Shown here: positions 1 through 7,591 of the stretch, piece by piece
Layout: each line of letters opens with the position of its first letter
Numbering within the stretch: position 1 is the first letter of the stretch
Origin: an uncultured Desulfobacteraceae bacterium
GTDB lineage: Bacteria; Desulfobacterota; Desulfobacteria; Desulfobacterales; SKZT01
Direction: 5' to 3'
Assembly: GCA_964478625.1 (NCBI GenBank)
Contig: CAYZJH010000014.1
Location: 7,098-71,097 of the forward strand
DNA length: 64,000 nucleotides
The notes under the pieces: model-generated
Seen by the model: only the letters and a program-made list of their open reading frames with translations
Told to the model about the DNA's origin: nothing
Databases searched by the model: none
Program-made: the position numbers and the translations under genes

Positions 1-188
1 CTGACCACCACTGAAGGGCCATATTCGAGCAGTCTTTCCGCTGTCACTGAAATCCCATGACAAAGCAAAATCGGTACGCTTGCCACGATAATAACCGATG
101 CCAGGGCTGTGGCCAATAAAAGAGACTTAAAAGGGTTCCGGATCAAATCTCTTGCAGCCCAAAGCCATATACCGGAAACATATATCAT
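1..188 (-). CDS. ABC transporter permease (FtsX/MacB-like), N-terminal part, runs off window edge
   Basis: My translation from ATG at 188: MIYVSGIWLWAARDLIRNPFKSLLLATALASVIIVASVPILLCHGISVTAERLLEYGPSVVV; resembles the N-terminal TM of FtsX-type permeases; coupled to the NosL gene pair. Confidence 0.55.
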   Translation of the reverse strand, partial: MIYVSGIWLWAARDLIRNPFKSLLLATALASVIIVASVPILLCHGISVTAERLLEYGPSVVV

Positions 189-535
189 GGGCTGACATAC
201 CTGTCGGAATACTGCGGCGGGTTCAAAAGAAGATATTCCGGGTAGATTTCAAAACAGCTGAATCGGGGAGAAAAATTTAAGTTCACTGACACGATGCTGC
301 TATCGGGACGCCTGAAAGGCCTTCCGGAACCCGTTATCGACAGATTATTCAGATTCAGCGCCCTGATGACCTGTCCGGTAGAATCCTCGGCAGTCCGAAA
401 ATAGTTGTTCATGACCGGAGCGAACGCACATATCAGTATGATCACCAAAAGAAAGATCGATAAGTGTCCGGACCAGCCTAAACGGTCGTATGGCCATTTA
501 CCGTCGCCATATGGTTTTTCCTTTTTGGAATTCAT
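185..535 (-). CDS. Small membrane hypothetical protein
   Basis: One hydrophobic segment (LSIFLLVIILICAFAPV); ATG at 535 overlaps the nosL stop (ATGA); track ORF starts at 565. Confidence 0.5.
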   Translation of the reverse strand: MNSKKEKPYGDGKWPYDRLGWSGHLSIFLLVIILICAFAPVMNNYFRTAEDSTGQVIRALNLNNLSITGSGRPFRRPDSSIVSVNLNFSPRFSCFEIYPEYLLLNPPQYSDRYVSP

Positions 536-1044
536 GGTGACTGCCTGTTGGCAATTTCTCTCCATTGTTCTTCGGTGAGATCCCTGAGGTGAAACATCGT
601 GGTACCCCCATGGCGTCTTTTAAAAGCCTCCGCATCCCTTTCGGACTTAAGAGGTACCATCGCAGGTCCCATCGGCCCGATAACATCAGAGCCTGCGACC
701 CATATAGCCAAAACACCATCGATTTTCTGTCCTGTAAAATAATCCTGCACCCAGATGCTGCGGATATCGGATTTTGGAGCCTTTAAATAAATTTCCGGAT
801 GAAACCATGATCGGATCATGCATCCGGTCGAACAAAAGGAATATGACCTGCCGTCAGCCAACTCCATAATACAGGCGAATTTCGGATAAAGGGCCACCTT
901 CATGGCACATACAGGACACCGGTCGTCCTTGCCCAATTGAATTTTTTCCTGATTTTGGGCCGATGCATACCCGATTAAACAAAAACAGAGAATGAATACG
1001 GATAAAAAAAGGTTTGTCATCTGATTCGGATCCAATTGTTTCAT
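532..1044 (-). CDS. nosL: NosL-family copper-binding/chaperone protein
   Basis: Signal peptide, CPVCAM, FCSTGCM, DYFTG, GSDVIGPMG and F...HGG motifs typical of NosL. Confidence 0.85.
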   Translation of the reverse strand: MKQLDPNQMTNLFLSVFILCFCLIGYASAQNQEKIQLGKDDRCPVCAMKVALYPKFACIMELADGRSYSFCSTGCMIRSWFHPEIYLKAPKSDIRSIWVQDYFTGQKIDGVLAIWVAGSDVIGPMGPAMVPLKSERDAEAFKRRHGGTTMFHLRDLTEEQWREIANRQSP

Positions 1045-1394
1045 GGTTATCTCCTGTCACGTATATCTAACTTGAAGTCTGGTGAATTCTAGTGCTGATT
1101 TCTTTTTGGGCCCTCCAAGCCGGGAGTGGTAATTTTGTTTGCTGGGTATAAGGCCAACACTCGCTGCCTTAAGCCTGATTGAAATCCACGGTAAAATGTT
1201 TTGTTTTTTTTCGATTCAGCACTAAATTTAGTACCAGGATTGAGTTGAAATTTATATCCGGAGCTGCTAACCAGACAGAAAAAGATTCACAACCGGTATC
1301 TAATGGATCTTTAACTTAAAAACAAGATATTATAGATTTTTCAGGGAAAATTTCCTGAAAAACATTCATTCACATTATTATCATTCAGCGTCAA

Positions 1395-2663
1395 ATGGCT
1401 CAAATCAAAGGAACTATCGCTCTTATGGGATCCGGTGAACTGACTTCCACCATGGTGGAGGTTCATAAAGAACTTCTGGCACACACAGGAGAGTCTCCCA
1501 GGGCTGTTTTTTTAGACACCCCCGCAGGGTTCCAGTTGAACGCGGACCAAATCGCCCAAAGAGCGGTCAACTATTTTAATACCCGAGTTCAACATCCTAT
1601 GACGGTCGTATCCTTTAAAGCTCAGAAGGATCTGACTCCAATCGAGACGGAAAAAGTTTACCATCGGTTGCGAGAGGCTGATTTCGTGCTGATTGGCCCG
1701 GGAAGCCCCACCTACGCAAATCAACAGTTGAAAAACACGCTTATTCCCAAAATTTTTACGGACATCATTACCAGGGGAGGATGTCTTGTAGCTGCAAGCG
1801 CGGCCGCTCTGACAGTCGGAGCCTACACGCTTCCGGTTTATGAAATCTACAAAGTGGGGCAACATATTCACTGGGTGGACGGACTCGATATTCTTGGGCA
1901 ATTGGGACTTCGCATGGTGGTCATTCCTCACTGGAATAATGCCGAAGGCGGAAGTCATGATACCCGTTTCTGTTTTATGGGAAAAAAGCGGTTTCAAAAA
2001 CTTGAAGATCTCCTTCCCCAGGAAGAATCCATTCTGGGCATTGATGAGCACACCGCCTGTATCATCGATTTCGGGAAAAAAGCGGCACGGGTGAGAGGTA
2101 TCGGCCATGTCATTTTAAGACGACATGGGCATGAAACCATTTTTGGCAGTGGAGATGAGATTCCCCTGGAAATTCTTGCGGGAAAAAGCAGACCTATCGG
2201 TGGTTCCACCGGCAAGGAAAAATCAATCCCGCCAGTTCCTGCAATGCCCATGACTAGCCATGTGGAATCCTTTTGGGACAATATTCACCGAATCGATGAA
2301 ATGTTTCACTCCAGCTTGAAAAACCGTGACTTCCAGAACGCTTCCAACACACTTCTCGAACTGGACCGGCTGATCTGGAAAGCACAGGAGGACCTGGAAA
2401 GCGAAGAATTTATATCCCAGGCAAGAGAAATCTTTCGTGAGTTTATCGTACTGATAGGCACGGAATCCGACTCGCTCCCCAAAAGTCGGACAGAATGCCT
2501 TTCTATTCTGGTGGAAGAACTCCTGAAGTTGCGGCAACGTTTTCGAGACACCAAGCAATGGCATGAGGCAGATGCGTTAAGAGATTGTTTGCTCAAAGCC
2601 GATATTGTCATCGAAGATGCTCCGGAGGGGCCTCGATGGCATAGAAAATCAGCAGGATCTTAA
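1395..2663 (+). CDS. Cyanophycinase/peptidase S51-like domain fused to a CysRS C-terminal-like domain
   Basis: ALMGSGE, GPGSP, AASAAA (Ser elbow), IPHW, GIDEHT; C-terminus WHEADALRDCLLKADIVIEDAPEGPRW matches the CysRS anticodon-binding tail. Confidence 0.75.
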   Translation: MAQIKGTIALMGSGELTSTMVEVHKELLAHTGESPRAVFLDTPAGFQLNADQIAQRAVNYFNTRVQHPMTVVSFKAQKDLTPIETEKVYHRLREADFVLIGPGSPTYANQQLKNTLIPKIFTDIITRGGCLVAASAAALTVGAYTLPVYEIYKVGQHIHWVDGLDILGQLGLRMVVIPHWNNAEGGSHDTRFCFMGKKRFQKLEDLLPQEESILGIDEHTACIIDFGKKAARVRGIGHVILRRHGHETIFGSGDEIPLEILAGKSRPIGGSTGKEKSIPPVPAMPMTSHVESFWDNIHRIDEMFHSSLKNRDFQNASNTLLELDRLIWKAQEDLESEEFISQAREIFREFIVLIGTESDSLPKSRTECLSILVEELLKLRQRFRDTKQWHEADALRDCLLKADIVIEDAPEGPRWHRKSAGS

Positions 2664-2678
2664 AAGGAAAATTGATCT

Positions 2679-3668
2679 TTGTCTCATTTTCAAATGTCGA
2701 ATGTTGAAACCCTGACCATTGAATCGCTTTTTGAGATATTCGATGATCCGAATAGCTTGCTTGTCTGGCCATGCCCTTTTATTCATCCGGCTTTTATGAA
2801 ATCCTGGTGGGCCCATTTCAGAAACACCTGGAATCTGATGGTGTTGGTTATAAAAGAAAACAACGAGATTTCGGGAATTGTTCCTCTCATGGAACGATCA
2901 GGGTGTGTGCGGTTTATCGGAAATCCCCAGGTGTGTGATTACCATGATATTGTTGCTTTACCGGGTAAAGGCCGGACTGTTTTAACCAGCCTGTTGAATC
3001 ACCTGAAACCACTCGGCATCAGCAGACTTCATTTGGGGCTGGTCAGGCCCGATTCAATTGTGTACCAGAACATCGAACATTCGGCCGAGGATGTAGGCGC
3101 AAAAATTATCCGTCATCAAACCGATGTGTTATATGAACTCAATCTGACCGATACCTGGGAAAATTTTTTAAACCTTCTTTCAGGAAAGCAGCGCCATGAA
3201 GTCAGGCGAAAATTTCGCCGGCTGCATGAAGCCGGAAATATTCATTTCCGGTGTATAGACGATGCAGCTCAGACGGAACCGGCTATGGAGACCTTTTTAA
3301 CCCTGTTTAAGGCCAATCGGCAGGACAAAGCTGCGTTTATGACCGATCATATGGCTTGTTTCTTTAGGGATTTGGCCAAAGAAACAGCCCAAGCGGGAAT
3401 TTTAAAGCTTTTTTTTCTTGATATCGATCTAAGTCCGGCGGCTGCAGTGCTCTGCTTTGATTTTTTTGACAGCTATTATCTGTATAACAACGGGTATGAT
3501 CACCGGTTTCAAAAATTGGGAGCAGGCGTGTTGAGTAAATTTTTATCCATAAGAGAGGCTATTGAAAACGGCAAAAAAAGGTATGATTTTTTAAAAGGTG
3601 ATGAAACTTACAAGGAGCGTATGGGGGGATATTCCGTGCCTCTTTATAATTTTGAGGTTTATTTGTAA
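2679..3668 (+). CDS. GNAT-family acetyltransferase (CelD/BcsL, Acetyltransf_6 type)
   Basis: DYHDIV, RHEVRRKFRRL, YYLYNNGYD, YDFLKGDETYK motifs. Confidence 0.8.
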   Translation: MSHFQMSNVETLTIESLFEIFDDPNSLLVWPCPFIHPAFMKSWWAHFRNTWNLMVLVIKENNEISGIVPLMERSGCVRFIGNPQVCDYHDIVALPGKGRTVLTSLLNHLKPLGISRLHLGLVRPDSIVYQNIEHSAEDVGAKIIRHQTDVLYELNLTDTWENFLNLLSGKQRHEVRRKFRRLHEAGNIHFRCIDDAAQTEPAMETFLTLFKANRQDKAAFMTDHMACFFRDLAKETAQAGILKLFFLDIDLSPAAAVLCFDFFDSYYLYNNGYDHRFQKLGAGVLSKFLSIREAIENGKKRYDFLKGDETYKERMGGYSVPLYNFEVYL

Positions 3669-3669
3669 C

Positions 3670-4362
3670 ATGAAAACACTTCATGCATTGGTCATTTCAG
3701 CCCATCCGGACGATGCCGAAGTCGGAGCCGCCGGAACCGTTGCCCGTTGGACCGCAGAAGGCAAGAGCGTTGTTTACGTGGTTTGCACCAAAGGTGAAAA
3801 AGGAACCAGTGATCGAAATATCTCTTCATCGGACCTGGCAATAATTCGCCGGAAAGAGCAATACGCTGCTGCCCGCTTACTGGGGATTGCGGAAGTCGTA
3901 TTTTTGAATCACGGGGACCAGGAATTAGAAGATACACCGGAATTTCGAAAGGAGATCGTCGGGTTGATTCGCAAATATCGCCCTGAAATCGTTATTACTT
4001 CCGATCCTTATCGAAGATATGTCTGGCACCGGGATCACCGGATTATCGGGCAGGTGGTCCTGGATGCGGTCTATCCTTTTGCCAGAGACTATCTGGCTTA
4101 TCCGGATCTTTTGGAACAAGGGCTGGAACCTCACCATGTTACGGAAATACTGTTCTGGGGTGCGGAAGAGATCAATTATCGTGTCGATATCACCCAGACA
4201 TTCTCTATTAAGCTTGAAGCCTTGCGTTGCCACAAAAGTCAGTTTAACGGCCTTAAATTAAAAAAGATGGAATCCTGGATCACGGACCGCTGTCGTCAAA
4301 TGGCGGGAAAAGAGAATTTTGACCTGGCAGAAGGGTTCCACCGGGTGATTATCGACTATTGA
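3670..4362 (+). CDS. PIG-L/LmbE-family N-acetylglucosaminyl deacetylase (MshB/BshB-like)
   Basis: AHPDDAE, TKGEKG, RRKEQ, HRDH, HKSQ motifs; start refined to ATG 3670, directly after the GNAT stop. Confidence 0.88.
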   Translation: MKTLHALVISAHPDDAEVGAAGTVARWTAEGKSVVYVVCTKGEKGTSDRNISSSDLAIIRRKEQYAAARLLGIAEVVFLNHGDQELEDTPEFRKEIVGLIRKYRPEIVITSDPYRRYVWHRDHRIIGQVVLDAVYPFARDYLAYPDLLEQGLEPHHVTEILFWGAEEINYRVDITQTFSIKLEALRCHKSQFNGLKLKKMESWITDRCRQMAGKENFDLAEGFHRVIIDY

Positions 4363-4973
4363 GCCATATTCTTAGCCAGGCAATCCCTGCAAACCATTTG
4401 ATGATTCACATGCTCCATTTTGGACGGCATGGTAGGCTCACCACATAATGCACAAAGCTCTGAAGGTTCCATCCTGGCTTTTGGTGGAAGATCAATTCTA
4501 GTGGATTCCATTTGGAAAAGATTTTCAAAGGATTTGTTCAGGATATCCTGGGTTCGTTGTTGATGAAGTCGTTCAAATTCCTCCCGCTCCTGATCCGTTG
4601 CTTTATTTTCCCTGAGTTTTTCAATGAGCCGACGATGCTTTTCATCATGACCCAAGGCCCCTGGTTTCATTGAAATTCGGACACCTTTGCCGGTGTTTCG
4701 GGAAAAAAATGTAAACACCATTTTTCCGTGATCTTTAAAAATAAAATTGCCTTTTCCGAATGTACAACCGGTCAGCACCTGGATTGCATCCACACAGCAG
4801 GCATCATTTTCGACAATCGCAACTATTTCCTCATCAACCGATCGATTTTCTTTCAGCCATTCTAAAGCAAACTTCGACACCTGATAACCAATGGCAAGCC
4901 CGGGGCATACATGGCCGTGAAATTGCTCACATCTTTTAAAATCATCGCTTTCCATAATGGTTTCAGCAATCAT
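4356..4973 (-). CDS. FmdE-family protein with C-terminal zinc finger
   Basis: FHGHVCPGLAIG, ENDACCVDAIQ, GCTFGKGN; C-terminal CALCGE...CRDC. Confidence 0.88.
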   Translation of the reverse strand: MIAETIMESDDFKRCEQFHGHVCPGLAIGYQVSKFALEWLKENRSVDEEIVAIVENDACCVDAIQVLTGCTFGKGNFIFKDHGKMVFTFFSRNTGKGVRISMKPGALGHDEKHRRLIEKLRENKATDQEREEFERLHQQRTQDILNKSFENLFQMESTRIDLPPKARMEPSELCALCGEPTMPSKMEHVNHQMVCRDCLAKNMAQ

Positions 4974-5009
4974 GTGTTCCTCCTAAGGGCAGAGCATGGT
5001 GGGTTTTTG

Positions 5010-5192
5010 TCAGCATTTTTTGGAAGCGTACCCGTCGGCGTACCATCCCCCACCCTTTAATTTGAATGTGCACAGAGAGATAATTTTTCGGGCCTTTTCA
5101 TGGCATTCAGGACATTCAATTTCATGGGAATCGGTTCTTTCCAGTTTTTCCACAATGTGTCCGTTAGGGCATTCATATTCGTAAAATGGCAT
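5010..5192 (-). CDS. FmdB-family zinc-ribbon protein
   Basis: MPFYEYECPNGH...CPEC...FKLKGGGWYADGY. Confidence 0.88.
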   Translation of the reverse strand: MPFYEYECPNGHIVEKLERTDSHEIECPECHEKARKIISLCTFKLKGGGWYADGYASKKC

Positions 5193-5292
5193 TATGAGTT
5201 CCTTTCAAAAGCATCCATCGGATAATTTGTTTTTTTGCAATGTCTTGATAAAAAAATGATTATAGACCTGAATATTTCCATGTCAAGAATAT

Positions 5293-6141
5293 TTAAGGTT
5301 TTTTAAGTTCTGCCTTCATTTTTTCCAATTCATCAGGACTCATGGAAAAACTGTGCGTTTCATCAGGAAACTTTCTTTCTGTAACCTCGGTTTTATAAGT
5401 TTCGATGGCCTTGGCGATCGTGTCGCTGATTTTGGCGTACTGTTTGACGAATTTTGGTGTAAAACGATCAAAAAGGCCTACAAGATCATGGATAACCAAA
5501 ACCTGCCCGTCACATTGAACCCCGGCACCAATACCGATTGTTGGGATGGATATGGTTTCCGTGATCATTTGTGCAATGGGTGAAGGAATGGCTTCAAGAA
5601 CAATCGAAAAACACCCTGCCGCCTCTAAAGCTTTGGCATCTTCAAGCAAAATACGGGCTGCCTCCGCACTTTTTCCCTGAACCTTAAATCCTCCCAAAGC
5701 CGAAGCGGTCTGGGGCGTCAGGCCGATATGACCCTGTACCGGAATCCCTGCATTGACCACGGCCTCAACCACCGGAGCCATGCTCTTTCCACCTTCCAAC
5801 TTGACACAATCAGCACGGCCCTCTTTTAGAATGCGGTTGGCATTGGACACGGCATTTTTGAGGGACACATTATATGAACCAAAAGGCATGTCGGTGATCA
5901 CCATGGCATGTTTCACCACTCTTGAAACCGATTTGGTGTGATGGATCATCTCATCCATGGTCACGGAGACCGTATCAGAATATCCTAACACCACCATGCC
6001 CAAAGAGTCTCCCACCAGGATGATATCGATCCCCCCCTGATCAATGAGCAAGGCTAAAGGATAATCATAGGCTGTCAACATGGTAATGGGTTTTCCACTG
6101 TTTTTCCTGGCTTTGATATCAGGAACCGTGATTTTGGCCAT
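5293..6141 (-). CDS. panB: 3-methyl-2-oxobutanoate hydroxymethyltransferase
   Basis: MLTAYD, LVGDSLGM, DMPFGSY, VKLEGG, GHIGLTPQ, GIGAG, DGQVLV. Confidence 0.97.
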   Translation of the reverse strand: MAKITVPDIKARKNSGKPITMLTAYDYPLALLIDQGGIDIILVGDSLGMVVLGYSDTVSVTMDEMIHHTKSVSRVVKHAMVITDMPFGSYNVSLKNAVSNANRILKEGRADCVKLEGGKSMAPVVEAVVNAGIPVQGHIGLTPQTASALGGFKVQGKSAEAARILLEDAKALEAAGCFSIVLEAIPSPIAQMITETISIPTIGIGAGVQCDGQVLVIHDLVGLFDRFTPKFVKQYAKISDTIAKAIETYKTEVTERKFPDETHSFSMSPDELEKMKAELKKP

Positions 6142-6170
6142 AACAATCTCCTAATTGCTTTAAGGTTTTT

Positions 6171-7097
6171 TTAAACTCTATACTTCGACGTAGCCTCGAT
6201 GGCCCGAATAATCCTGCATAAAAAGCGATTCACAGGAGTCTGTATTCCCAAATTATTGGCTTTGTCCACAATTGCCCCATTGATCGCTCCGATTTCGGTA
6301 CGGGTTCCTCTCAAGATATCCTGAAGCATGCTCGCTCGATTGGTCGCCGTGGCTTTGCAAACTTTTTTCACCTGTGTCACGGGATCATCATATGGAAGCG
6401 TCACACCCAGTGCATCAGCCACAGCCGCGGCCTCGGCAACGGCCTCTTTCATGATTTCGACACATTCCGTATTTTCTCCAATGACACCGTTGGGAACACG
6501 GCAGATGGCTGTCAGTGCGTTAATTCCCACATTGACAATTAATTTTCCCCAAATCAGACTTTTCACGTTATCCGATACAAACGTTTCTATTCCGGCATCA
6601 TTGAATGTGCGGGCTATTTTTTCAATCACCATCTTTTTTGAGGGCATATTCGCAATATGTGTCGGACCAGTTCCAGCATGCCGAACATGTCCCGGCCCCA
6701 AATAGGTTCCCCCATGGGATGTAACCCCGGCAACGGCATTTTCACTTCCTAACACCTTCTGCATTGTTTCTAGATTTCCGATACCGTTTTGAAGAGTCAA
6801 CACCAAACCGGCCGGATCAATAATATCTACGGCAATGTATGAGGCATCCAGAGTATTGTAGGATTTAGTAAAAACAATCACCAATTCAAATTGATCGGAT
6901 ATGTCTTCAGGACAGTCGGTGATCTCTAATTTGAAAGTGCTTGAAGAACCATCAATGTTTTCAACAATCAATCCTTTTTTCCGAATTGTTTCCACATGAT
7001 CCCGGTTGATATCGATCAGCAATACCTCGGACACATTGGAAAGCATGGATCCAAAAAGTGACCCCATGGCTCCGGCACCGATAATGGCGATCTTCAA
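6171..7097 (-). CDS. panE: 2-dehydropantoate 2-reductase
   Basis: IIGAGAMG, LQNGIG, WGKLIVN, NRASMLQD, TEIGAING; adjacent to panB. Confidence 0.93.
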   Translation of the reverse strand: MKIAIIGAGAMGSLFGSMLSNVSEVLLIDINRDHVETIRKKGLIVENIDGSSSTFKLEITDCPEDISDQFELVIVFTKSYNTLDASYIAVDIIDPAGLVLTLQNGIGNLETMQKVLGSENAVAGVTSHGGTYLGPGHVRHAGTGPTHIANMPSKKMVIEKIARTFNDAGIETFVSDNVKSLIWGKLIVNVGINALTAICRVPNGVIGENTECVEIMKEAVAEAAAVADALGVTLPYDDPVTQVKKVCKATATNRASMLQDILRGTRTEIGAINGAIVDKANNLGIQTPVNRFLCRIIRAIEATSKYRV

Positions 7098-7468
7098 AAC
7101 AAATTCCTCCTAGTGATATGATTTCGAATATTTTCTTGACGGAATCTTTTTATCCCCTGAATGAGATATATTTCATATTCCGACTTTCCATAAATTTCAC
7201 CGAAGGGTCAAGGAAATTTTTGATTATCGTAAAATTGCTCATAACTTAAAATCTTTTGATGGATTGGGTTGTTTTTGCATACCATCCGGGTTACTTTAAA
7301 TTTTGGCCAACAAAATCGCCGTCATTGTAATGCTTTTATTTGATATCAATGATGTTCCTGATAAGAAATTTGAAAATGGTGTTGATTTGAAATCCCTGAA
7401 ATTTTGCAGGTAAAAACTATTACTTGACCAAATGATGCCTAAATGAAACGATTTTGCCAGCAGCTATC

Positions 7469-7541
7469 CGTCATTCCAGCGGAGGCTGGAATCCAGGAGG
7501 TGCAACCAACAATCTGGATACCGGCCTTCGCCGGTATGACA
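7469..7541. repeat. CGTC/TGTC-type REP-like inverted dimer
   Basis: CGTCATTCCAGCGGAGGCTGGAATCCAG ... CTGGATACCGGCCTTCGCCGGTATGACA: two palindromic units in inverted orientation. Confidence 0.75.
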
Positions 7542-7591
7542 TTAAACTCTTTCTCGAAATTAAATCGCTTATTTTAGGTGATGATAACATT

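Noticed and set aside
7454-7591. N-terminal extension of the VWA ORF
   Set aside because: It translates through the REP palindrome from a TTG; ATG 7592 is more plausible
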